64,000 nt of DNA from an uncultured Bacteroidota bacterium (GTDB taxonomy: Bacteria > Bacteroidota > Ignavibacteria > UBA10030 > UBA8401), in assembly GCA_963772165.1 (NCBI GenBank), contig CAVYWA010000011.1, forward strand, positions 229,639 through 293,638. Reading direction: 5' to 3'. How positions within the stretch are numbered: the stretch's first letter is position 1; each line of letters starts with the position of its first letter. Below the pieces are notes generated by a model. That model was not told the DNA's origin. It did no database searches and was given only the letters and a program-made list of their open reading frames with translations. Shown here one piece after another: positions 30,310 through 38,899 of the stretch. The translations under genes were made by a program, and so were the position numbers.

Positions 30310-31223
30310 TTCCTTACGACATATTGCAGCCGTTCCGGGTCTTGCCGCACGATTTTTATGTCTTTAGGAGTAGTTACTACGGGATGGATAGAGCCGGTGG
30401 TGTCGAGTAAAATGGATTTATAGTCGATGTACGATGAAAAGTCCTTTTGCTCGACCGCCGCCACTTGTTCAATTCCTCCGCGCACAATGATATCAATCTT
30501 CGGTGGAATAAGAACAACGACCCGGTTTCCGGGTACCTGATTTACTTCGACAGGAATTCCCTTAAAACTTTTTTCCGCAATCGGCTGAACGTCGATTTGA
30601 ACGGTGACTACGGCGGGGAATGGAGTGATGCTAAAGGACATTGTGTCGGAAACTCCGACCCGAGCGTTAACGTCGCTTTTCAAACTCGAGAATACCAGCG
30701 GGTCAGTCTGCCAGCGGTCGATTTTATCAAGCAGGCCCTTAGCTCCGGTGAGAGTAATGCTGTCGGGGATGGATGTGATGTCTCCGACAACGCCGTATCC
30801 TTCACGAAACGTCATCGTGACAACCGGCTCTACAGGGACGGTTTTCTTTATTTTGTCGTCCAACAGGACCACAATGGTATCGGGCTTGATGTCAACCGTA
30901 CGTATTCCCTCAGGCAGCTTCAACCGTTCCGGGATATCTTTACTTGTTACAAAGCCGAACCGATTAGAAATGTCTGAAAGGTCGAGGACATAGCGGACAT
31001 CGGGGACAAAATACAATCCGACGGTCTGCCAGCCGGTTGCGTAGATTTTTACGCTCACGGCTGGAGGGACAGCCTTTGCCAATGATCGGTTAGGTTTTAT
31101 ATTCTCTAACACAAGGGGGACAGAAACGACGGTTTGATATTCGTAACCCATAGTAATAGAGAGCCATAACGCCACAGCAAAAAGGGTTGAGAAAATAGCG
31201 ATGTGGAGATTCTTGTTCTTCAT
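30306..31223 (-). CDS. YbbR-like domain protein with N-terminal membrane anchor
   Basis: An N-terminal TM helix is followed by repeated beta-rich modules of about 80 aa, as in YbbR/CdaR-type proteins. No cdaA lies nearby. Confidence 0.65.
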   Translation of the reverse strand: MKNKNLHIAIFSTLFAVALWLSITMGYEYQTVVSVPLVLENIKPNRSLAKAVPPAVSVKIYATGWQTVGLYFVPDVRYVLDLSDISNRFGFVTSKDIPERLKLPEGIRTVDIKPDTIVVLLDDKIKKTVPVEPVVTMTFREGYGVVGDITSIPDSITLTGAKGLLDKIDRWQTDPLVFSSLKSDVNARVGVSDTMSFSITPFPAVVTVQIDVQPIAEKSFKGIPVEVNQVPGNRVVVLIPPKIDIIVRGGIEQVAAVEQKDFSSYIDYKSILLDTTGSIHPVVTTPKDIKIVRQDPERLQYVVRK

Positions 31224-31243
31224 ACCAACGGCCGCGAATGCAG

Positions 31244-31285
31244 AAATAAAAAATCCATCTTCGTCTCAGTATGATGCGAAGATGG
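31244..31285 (-). terminator. Rho-independent terminator after the BMC gene pair
   Basis: On the minus strand, a 9-bp stem joins CCATCTTCG and CGAAGATGG (31255-31263 with 31277-31285). It is followed by ATTTTTTATTT. Confidence 0.6.
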
Positions 31286-31316
31286 AGCGGGATTGAATTT
31301 CTATTAATAAACGTTG

Positions 31317-31871
31317 TTAATCACGAAATTTTGCCTTCATAAGCTCCTCGAGAAGCTGTTCCTTATTTGCCATCGAAATGGCTCGTCCATAAATCGCCAA
31401 ACCTTTGAAGCTCCTGGCGTATGACCGGAGCTCGTGGACAGTCATCGCGGTAAGTTCGGCGAGATACGAATCCCGTTCATTGGATTGCGGCGGCACAAAG
31501 GCGACATCTTCTTCGCTGCCATCTTCAGTACCTGCATCAGCAGTTGCGGCCATAACACCGCCATGCAGCAAGAGCGCGATTTCTGCTTCAGTAAGTATCG
31601 ACTTGGCGAAGACCAAATCTTCAACGCCTTCCGCCGGCCGCGGAATCACATGGTGTGAAACAAGTTGACCGACACGCTTTGCTGCTTCGGCTCCCGCCTC
31701 AACGGCAGATCGGACGGCGGCGGTGTCGCCTATGATTTTTATTGTGATCATGGCGGGATCCGTTCGTTCCTTCCCGATCAACCGGACGTTTGCTGTTTTC
31801 ACCATCGCGTCCGCAGCTTCGATTGCGGCGACCAGGCCCCTCGTTTCTACCATCCCAAAAGCAAAGTCCAT
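31317..31871 (-). CDS. BMC-domain (BMC-H type) shell protein with a roughly 95-aa C-terminal extension
   Basis: The N-terminal 88 aa ([25 protein letters not shown]...HVIPRP) are a canonical PF00936-type fold. An acidic linker follows, then the tail LTAMTVHELRSYARSF...ANKEQLLEELMK. Confidence 0.85.
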   Translation of the reverse strand: MDFAFGMVETRGLVAAIEAADAMVKTANVRLIGKERTDPAMITIKIIGDTAAVRSAVEAGAEAAKRVGQLVSHHVIPRPAEGVEDLVFAKSILTEAEIALLLHGGVMAATADAGTEDGSEEDVAFVPPQSNERDSYLAELTAMTVHELRSYARSFKGLAIYGRAISMANKEQLLEELMKAKFRD

Positions 31872-31916
31872 TATCGTGTACGAATTGTAGTTTAGTAAGC
31901 CAAGAACAACGCTATT

Positions 31917-32213
31917 TTACTTTACGGCCGGGCGTTTCGGAAGAATTAATTCAACATCGCTGTGCGGCCTTGGAATGACATGTACCGAAACCAACTCACC
32001 CACTCGCTGCGCTGCAGCTGCTCCTGCATCGGTCGCTGCCTTTACTGCTCCCACATCTCCCCGTACCATCACCGTGACATATCCACCGCCAATTTGCTCT
32101 TTGCCGATCAATGTGACTTTAGCAGCTTTTACCATTGCATCTGCGGCTTCAATTGAACCGACAAGACCCTTTGTTTCGACCATTCCGAGGGCATCGAGTG
32201 AATTGTCTGACAT
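31917..32213 (-). CDS. BMC-domain hexamer shell protein (PduA/EutM-like)
   Basis: The sequence [52 protein letters not shown]...HVIPRP fits the family. An AGGAG RBS precedes the ATG at 32213, so the start was trimmed from 32228. Confidence 0.9.
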   Translation of the reverse strand: MSDNSLDALGMVETKGLVGSIEAADAMVKAAKVTLIGKEQIGGGYVTVMVRGDVGAVKAATDAGAAAAQRVGELVSVHVIPRPHSDVELILPKRPAVK

Positions 32214-32266
32214 TTGTGTCTCCTGCAATTGTAGTTGAAATGTTGATTGCCTTGTAAAGTGGGGGA

Positions 32267-32295
32267 AATATAAATAAGAATGAAATGAGAGTCAA
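32267..32295 (-). promoter_or_regulatory. Sigma70-type promoter (TTGACT-N17-TATATT) for the BMC gene pair
   Basis: On the minus strand the -35 TTGACT is the reverse complement of 32290-32295. The -10 TATATT is the reverse complement of 32267-32272. The spacer is 17 nt, and the promoter lies about 55 nt upstream of the ATG. Confidence 0.5.
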
Positions 32296-32664
32296 CCTGA
32301 CTCAATTTGAAGATCCTCCGGGATCGCTGTTTTCAAACGGGTGGAAAAGTGACATCGAAATTGAAAATTTATCGCCCTCATGCTAAAACCATCAACATGG
32401 CTGAAGGCACATGGTTTTCTTAAAGAACAATTAGATTCAGAAGAAACTGATTAGCAAAATTGATCAGGAATTACTCTTGGTTATCCAAAAATTAACTTGT
32501 TATCAGACTTTCCTCGCAGTGTCCACGAACAGACTTGTTGAATTTAGAGATGCATCAAAATCAAATCCGGCATGTTCACGTCGTATTGTCCTGGCTTGGC
32601 CGCACGATCGCCGCGATCCATCTCCGTGAATAAATAAAGAGAATCCTCGTGTTTCATGAAACAA

Positions 32665-32693
32665 TTGATATTCTGCGAAAATTGTGATATTTT
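32665..32693 (+). promoter_or_regulatory. Sigma70-type promoter (TTGATA-N17-TATTTT)
   Basis: TTGATA lies at 32665-32670 and TATTTT at 32688-32693, upstream of the ATG at 32737. Confidence 0.4.
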
Positions 32694-32736
32694 CGATGTC
32701 AATCATATCCTACTCACCAAAGACAAGATCTCCAGA

Positions 32737-35274
32737 ATGGCAGAGCAAAAGAAAGAACGGCAGCAGAAGCAGCCTAAAAAAAAGCAGGGCATAGTTATCC
32801 CACAGAAGTATCAGCACGCCGCTGCTATTGCGGTAATCTTCATTTCATTACTTTTCTTCTTCAATGAAATTATTTTCAGCGGTAAGGTATTTGTTTCTGG
32901 CGATTCCATCGCCAGCCACAGTTTCGAGACACTTGTCGGTGACGCAAAGGCAGAAGGGATTGTTCCGTTGTGGAATCCGTACATTTTTTGCGGCATGCCG
33001 GGCTACGCAGCGTTAAGCGTCGCCCCTGAACGGCTATGGGATGTTTCGGCGAAAGGGCTTCTTCTTACATCAAACCTGTTTGCGGACATCTTAATGAATC
33101 AGGAGCAAGAAGGATGGTCCCTCTTTTATTATTTTCTGCTTGGCGTTGGAGTCTATGTCTTTGCATTCGAAAAGCTGAAAAATAAAATTGCTGCTCTTGT
33201 GGCTGCACTTGGCGTGATGCATTCTACGTTTATTGTTATTTTGATTATGGTCGGACATCTTACCAAGGTTCCTGTTATTGCATTCTTTCCGTTTATTCTT
33301 TTAATCCTTGAGCGCTTACGCGAAAAATTCAGGGTCGTGGATTTGCTGGTTTTGATACTCCTTGTCCATTTTATGTTATTGCCAGTTCATGTTCAGATGA
33401 TCTTTTACTCCTATTTTGCGATTGGGATCTATTATTTCTTTTTCCTGATTCGCTCGTTTGTCAAGAAGGAGAATTGGCTAGGAGTGATTCGCTCGGGAGC
33501 GGTTTTTCTCGTCGCAACCGGACTTGCATTTGCAATGACAGGCGATAAATATCTTTCAATACTTGAATATTCCCACTACTCCATGCGCGGTGTCAACCCG
33601 ATCGTACCGTCACAGCTCGCTCAACAAAAAGGGGCGGACAAACCGAAGAACGGCGGCCTTGATTACGATTATGCAACGAACGGGTCATTTTCTCCCGGCG
33701 AGATGATGACATTTTTTGTCCCTTCATGGTATGGTTTTAGCAACAGCGTCCCGTATCGCGGGCCTGAAACGAACAACGAAGAAGCTCGGCTGCCGCTCTA
33801 TTTCGGCTCTTTAGGTTCAACTGATGCTCCGCAATATATGGGTGTGGTTATTTTATTGCTGGCGTTGATCGGAATCTGGAAAAATAAAAAGGACCCGTTC
33901 GTTCAATACATGGGGATCGTCGTCGTCATTGCATTGCTTATTTCGTTCGGGAAAGAATTTCCATTGCTCTACGACCCGATGTTTTTTTATTTTCCGATGT
34001 TCAATAAGTTTAGAATACCGTCCATGATATTAATTCTTGTGCAGATCATGGTTCCGTTGCTGGCAGCATACGGAGTAGCTTCACTCATGAATGAAACTGG
34101 TAAGTCTAATTCTAAGGATCAGAAGTTTTTGCAGTATTCATTAATCGGGGTTGGCGTGCTCTTGATCGTTTCTGTGGTTGCAAAGGGTGTTTTCCTTGCG
34201 GTCTATGAAGCATTTATTCCGCAGCAGATACTTGCAGCGAGATTTGGCAACAATGCAGGAGTGGCGTATACAATCATTGAATCGATGGTTTCCAGCGAAA
34301 TTACCGTAGGACTTCTATTGGCAGGTATTGCGTTAGGGATATTTTACTTTTTTCAAATTTCAAAGCTAAAACTTGTACCGTTTGTTGTGATCTTAGTTGC
34401 CGTCATCTTGACAGATTTGTGGCGTGCAAATTTTAAGTCGATGGAAACAAAAGAAAAAAGATACGAGCAATCATTCTTTGCGTCTCCCGATTATGTCAAT
34501 TTTATTAAGCAGGACACGACATTGTTCCGCACATTGGAATTTGAAAATGGTCAACCCCCCTATAGCAATGCACTCGCATATTGGAGAATCCAAAGTGCGT
34601 ACGGATATCATGGTGCAAAAATGCGTCAGGTGCAGGACATGTTCGATGTTGCCGGAATTGGAAATCCGCTGATGTGGGGATTGATGAATGTAAGGTATAT
34701 TATTTCTGACCGTTCGGACTCAAATCAGATTCTTCTTCCGGTATTCCGGGGCGAAAAAAATGTTTTATACAATAAAGCGGAACTCCCCCGCGCATTTTTC
34801 GTGAATCGTTATGAAGTTGCAACGGGAATTGATATCCTCGAAAACATCAAAGGAATGAGATTCGACCCTCGCAATGTTGCCTATGTTATGGACGATCCGA
34901 AAGTACAGATTGAATCGCCAAAAGAAGGAGCTTCTGTTCATTACACGCATTACGGCATTCAAGATTTGGAAGTGAAGGCAACTGCCACCGGTAATAATCT
35001 TCTTTTCCTGAGCGAATCATGGTATCCCGCTGGATGGAAGGCGTTTATCGATGGAAACGAGGAGCCAATCCTTCGGCTTGATTATCTTTTCCGCGGTGTC
35101 GTTATTCCTGCTGGGACTCATACGTTGACGATGAAGTTTGAGCCGGCATCGTTTTACCTCGGAAAGGACTTGAGCTTGGCAATGAATATTATTGTTCTGG
35201 GCGGATTGGCTGTCATCGGAATAATCGGGATCCGGAAAAAAGGTTCTCTTCCGTCCAAATCGACTTCGGCGTGA
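32737..35274 (+). CDS. YfhO-family polytopic membrane glycosyltransferase-like protein
   Basis: About 845 aa with many TM helices. The hallmark PLWNPYIFCGMPGYA is present, followed by a C-terminal soluble domain. The start was trimmed from 32656. Confidence 0.7.
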   Translation: MAEQKKERQQKQPKKKQGIVIPQKYQHAAAIAVIFISLLFFFNEIIFSGKVFVSGDSIASHSFETLVGDAKAEGIVPLWNPYIFCGMPGYAALSVAPERLWDVSAKGLLLTSNLFADILMNQEQEGWSLFYYFLLGVGVYVFAFEKLKNKIAALVAALGVMHSTFIVILIMVGHLTKVPVIAFFPFILLILERLREKFRVVDLLVLILLVHFMLLPVHVQMIFYSYFAIGIYYFFFLIRSFVKKENWLGVIRSGAVFLVATGLAFAMTGDKYLSILEYSHYSMRGVNPIVPSQLAQQKGADKPKNGGLDYDYATNGSFSPGEMMTFFVPSWYGFSNSVPYRGPETNNEEARLPLYFGSLGSTDAPQYMGVVILLLALIGIWKNKKDPFVQYMGIVVVIALLISFGKEFPLLYDPMFFYFPMFNKFRIPSMILILVQIMVPLLAAYGVASLMNETGKSNSKDQKFLQYSLIGVGVLLIVSVVAKGVFLAVYEAFIPQQILAARFGNNAGVAYTIIESMVSSEITVGLLLAGIALGIFYFFQISKLKLVPFVVILVAVILTDLWRANFKSMETKEKRYEQSFFASPDYVNFIKQDTTLFRTLEFENGQPPYSNALAYWRIQSAYGYHGAKMRQVQDMFDVAGIGNPLMWGLMNVRYIISDRSDSNQILLPVFRGEKNVLYNKAELPRAFFVNRYEVATGIDILENIKGMRFDPRNVAYVMDDPKVQIESPKEGASVHYTHYGIQDLEVKATATGNNLLFLSESWYPAGWKAFIDGNEEPILRLDYLFRGVVIPAGTHTLTMKFEPASFYLGKDLSLAMNIIVLGGLAVIGIIGIRKKGSLPSKSTSA

Positions 35275-35428
35275 CCATCGAAAGCTTCTTTGCTGGGAAT
35301 TTATTTTGCCAAAAAGAAATATCTCGTAGTACTAACCTCGGTACGCCATACAGAATAATTTCAACCCTCATTCTTCTTTTAATTGAAATGAAGGAAACCC
35401 GCTGTTCTATCGTTGATGTCATGAAATA

Positions 35429-36805
35429 ATGATTCGTCAGTTACGTATAAAAATTATAGCTTTTGTCTCAAACTACCTGTCGGGTCATGTTAGGACGATA
35501 AGGATCAAAAAGAATATTCTGGCACTGCTGGTGTTTAAAGGAATCAGCATCGTTACCGGTTTCTTACTGTTTCCGATGACGCTGCATTACTTGAACCCGA
35601 CAAACTACGGAATATGGCTTACCCTAAGTTCGATTATTGGGTGGTTTACTTTTTTTGACATCGGGTTAGGAAATGGACTCCGCAATAAATTTGCCGAAGC
35701 GACAGCAAGGAATGATGTTGAGCTGGCGCGGATATATGTCAGCACGACCTATGCTTTTCTCAGCATGATTATTGGAACCGCATTTATAGTGTTTCTTGTT
35801 GTTAATCCATTTCTCAACTGGTCGAAAATACTCAACACTTCTCCTGAATTATCGGATGGATTGAGTTTACTCGTGTTGATTACATTCGGTTTTTTTTGCA
35901 TCCGCTTCATTTTCGGCCTTATCAGCACTATATTGATTGCAGACCAGAAACCCGCTCTCAATAGTTTCCTCGAAGTAGCAGGCAATCTTTTATCACTTTG
36001 TCTCATCTGGGTTCTTACCATCACAACAAGCGGATCCCTGCTGTACCTGGCAATTGCCGTCAGCTTCTCGACAGCGATTGTTCCGATCATTGCTTCTCTT
36101 TGGTTCTATTCGACGAAATACAAGAACGTCCGTCCATCGAAGTCCTATGTTAGAAAGGCGTACGCGCAAGAATTAATGAAACTGGGCTTGAGGTTTTTCT
36201 TTTTACAGGTCGGTGCAATAATCATTTTCTCAACATCGAATATTCTCATTAGTCAATTGTTTGCGCCAAAAGATGTTGTCCCCTATAATATCGCATTCAA
36301 ATACTATAACATCGTCTTAATGTTGTTTTCTATTCTCTTGGCTCCATTCTGGTCTGCGTATACTGAGGCATACACTCGCGGCGACATACCCTGGATTCAT
36401 AGAACTTTTACAATGCTCAAAAGGGCTTGGCTTGTTACTGCTTTCGTTGTCGTTGTCATGTCATTTTTCGCGGACGATTTTTATAGACTATGGATAGGAA
36501 AAGAGATACACATCCCGATTTCTGTGTCTCTCGCGATGGGAGCCTATGTGTTGATCAGCCTGTGGTGTAACATCTTTGCGAATTTTATCAACGGCACGGG
36601 GAAAATACAGCTTCAGGTGATTGCAGCGATCGTTGTCGGAGTTCTTAATATTCCGTTAGCCATCTTTTTTACGCAATATTGCCATTGGGGAATAGCGGGG
36701 GTGATCCTGGCGCCATCGGTATGTTTGCTCCCCCTTTGCTTTGTCTGGCCGATGCAGGTAAAGAGAATTCTTTCCGGAAATGGCACGGGTATTTGGGTGA
36801 GATGA
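35429..36805 (+). CDS. Polysaccharide/oligosaccharide flippase (Wzx-like, MOP superfamily)
   Basis: 458 aa with about 12-14 TM helices, in a glycan-cluster context. Confidence 0.7.
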   Translation: MIRQLRIKIIAFVSNYLSGHVRTIRIKKNILALLVFKGISIVTGFLLFPMTLHYLNPTNYGIWLTLSSIIGWFTFFDIGLGNGLRNKFAEATARNDVELARIYVSTTYAFLSMIIGTAFIVFLVVNPFLNWSKILNTSPELSDGLSLLVLITFGFFCIRFIFGLISTILIADQKPALNSFLEVAGNLLSLCLIWVLTITTSGSLLYLAIAVSFSTAIVPIIASLWFYSTKYKNVRPSKSYVRKAYAQELMKLGLRFFFLQVGAIIIFSTSNILISQLFAPKDVVPYNIAFKYYNIVLMLFSILLAPFWSAYTEAYTRGDIPWIHRTFTMLKRAWLVTAFVVVVMSFFADDFYRLWIGKEIHIPISVSLAMGAYVLISLWCNIFANFINGTGKIQLQVIAAIVVGVLNIPLAIFFTQYCHWGIAGVILAPSVCLLPLCFVWPMQVKRILSGNGTGIWVR

Positions 36806-36940
36806 ATGAATAAGCCCGAAGTCCTTTTTATCGATCGCTGATATATCATTTCATTCGAGAGCCGTCTCTGCAATGTGTGAACCCAATTTGACAATGCATC
36901 CGAAATTGTATTCTATATCTTTCACTTTCTGAGATCTCCA

Positions 36941-37390
36941 ATGGCGGAAACATTAGGTTCTTTGTGCGATAAGCTGACAATCATCAAGCTCAAACAATTC
37001 CACGCAGATGATGCTGACAAGCTGAAGAGCTTAACTGCCCAGGAACGCCAATTACAATCAGAGATAGATGAGTTTATCTCTGCGGCGTTATCCGGGGATA
37101 TTCCTATAAAACGCTTGACCTTTTCTGCTAATAAAATTTACAAACAATCGGGGAATACGATCGCCGAAGTTTTCGGAAGCCTGGGGGTTACTTTTTCTCA
37201 ATTGGCGGATGTAAACTGCAGGCTCTGGCATCAGCAGGAATATGTCTATGACTTTGAAAATGTCCCTGCCAATAAAAAAAATGATGTTGTAAAGCAACTG
37301 GCCCTCCTTAACCTTGAACGGAATCAATGTATTGATCACATCGACAAACAATTTCAAGCATTCGTTCAACGCAAAAGTGTTGATCAATAA
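36941..37390 (+). CDS. Hypothetical small soluble protein (possibly DUF4254-like)
   Basis: 149 aa, helical, with the motifs LCDKLTIIKLK and NCRLWHQQE. The family assignment comes from memory of the motif pattern only. Confidence 0.5.
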   Translation: MAETLGSLCDKLTIIKLKQFHADDADKLKSLTAQERQLQSEIDEFISAALSGDIPIKRLTFSANKIYKQSGNTIAEVFGSLGVTFSQLADVNCRLWHQQEYVYDFENVPANKKNDVVKQLALLNLERNQCIDHIDKQFQAFVQRKSVDQ

Positions 37391-37411
37391 GCTTATCATC
37401 GGAGAATATTC

Positions 37412-38671
37412 ATGCACTTGATCTATCGTCATTCATGCAGGGTATGCGGCTCTAGCGCGCTTACAAAAGTAATAGATCTCGGCGAGCAATTCTTACAAGG
37501 CTCCTTTGTAAAACCGGGAAAGGAGATTCCGCCACTGCGCAAAATACCAATGACCCTTCTTCGCTGCGATCCTAAAAGAGATGAACGTGCGTGCGGGCTT
37601 CTGCAAATGGAACACACCGTACCGCCAGAAATCCTTTACTCGGCCTATTGGTATCGGTCAGGAACGAACGATACCATGCGTGCTCATCTGAAAGGAATTG
37701 TCGAAGAGGCGCTGACAATCTTCACTCCGACTAAAGGAATAGTTCTTGATATCGGATGCAACGATGGCACACTTCTGAAATATTATCCAGACACGTTCGA
37801 GAAATATGGCATTGATCCATCCGACGTTGCTCTGGAGATTACGCCTCCCATTTCTGTTATTCAGGATATATTTCCTTCAAGCGAGTTGATCAGCAAGTTG
37901 CAAGGAAAACATATCGATATCGTTACTTCTATTGCGATGTTTTATGACCTCGAAGACCCTATTAAATTTTCTAAGGGGATACAACAAATATTATCGCCTC
38001 AAGGAATTTGGATCTTTGAAATGTCCTATATGCCGACAATGCTCAAAATGACGTCGTATGACACTATTTGTCACGAACATCTTGAATATTACAGCCTTGC
38101 CGTCATTGAATATATTTTGAAGCAGGCCGGGCTGAAAATTTTTAATGTTTCCCTGAACAATATTAACGGGGGGAGCATTCGATGTCACGCCACTCACAGT
38201 GATAATTTTTCTTACAAAAAAGAGCTCTTCTTGCAAAATATTCAAAACTTACATAAAGAAGAGTTTGACCTTGAACTGGATACCGATAAACCATACAAGA
38301 ATTTCCAGGACCGAGTGAACGTACACAAAGAAGAGCTCTTAAATCTGCTTAAAAAGTTAAAGAGACAAGGCAAACGTATCCACATTTACGGCGCTTCAAC
38401 CAAGGGGAATACGATACTTCAGTGGTGCGGAATTGATAATAAAATTATTGATTATGCCGCAGAACGCAATCCGGATAAATTTGGGGCCCGCACTCTCGGC
38501 ACCGACATCCCAATTATTAGCGAGGCTGAATCCCGCGCTATGGATCCTGATTTTTATCTCGTTCTTCCGTGGCACTTTAAGCAAGAGTTTGTTGAGCGTG
38601 AAAAAGAAACGCTGGAACATGGTGTTGGTCTCATCTTTCCGTTGCCGGTAATTGAAATAATAAAAAAATGA
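37412..38671 (+). CDS. SAM-dependent sugar C-methyltransferase (NDP-hexose C-methyltransferase-like)
   Basis: The protein has an N-terminal Zn-ribbon CRVCGS, SAM motif I VLDIGCNDGTLL, and a C-terminal C-methyltransferase-type domain. It is 419 aa. Confidence 0.8.
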   Translation: MHLIYRHSCRVCGSSALTKVIDLGEQFLQGSFVKPGKEIPPLRKIPMTLLRCDPKRDERACGLLQMEHTVPPEILYSAYWYRSGTNDTMRAHLKGIVEEALTIFTPTKGIVLDIGCNDGTLLKYYPDTFEKYGIDPSDVALEITPPISVIQDIFPSSELISKLQGKHIDIVTSIAMFYDLEDPIKFSKGIQQILSPQGIWIFEMSYMPTMLKMTSYDTICHEHLEYYSLAVIEYILKQAGLKIFNVSLNNINGGSIRCHATHSDNFSYKKELFLQNIQNLHKEEFDLELDTDKPYKNFQDRVNVHKEELLNLLKKLKRQGKRIHIYGASTKGNTILQWCGIDNKIIDYAAERNPDKFGARTLGTDIPIISEAESRAMDPDFYLVLPWHFKQEFVEREKETLEHGVGLIFPLPVIEIIKK

Positions 38672-38899
38672 TGTTCGAGAGGCATTTTTTTTCGAAAAAA
38701 TATTTGCTGTCTTCACGACAATCGTCAAAGGACTCAGTAAGCTAACGCTGCTCACGGTATCTCGGGAAACTCTATTGGGATATACGTTAGCAGACGTGAG
38801 GTGGCGGCGTTAAACATAAATGTCGGCATCCACTTTATCCTTTGGTCAACGATCCATTCGGTACGCTCACTCTTATGTATCCAGCACAAATAGGGTAGA

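Noticed and set aside
32503-32706. 67-aa minus-strand ORF upstream of the BMC genes, considered as a possible leader or regulator gene.
   Set aside because: It overlaps the promoter-like motif and 5' region of the divergent yfhO-like gene. It has only a weak RBS and no recognisable family features, and it lies 270 nt from the BMC promoter. It is kept only as a note under the spacer finding.
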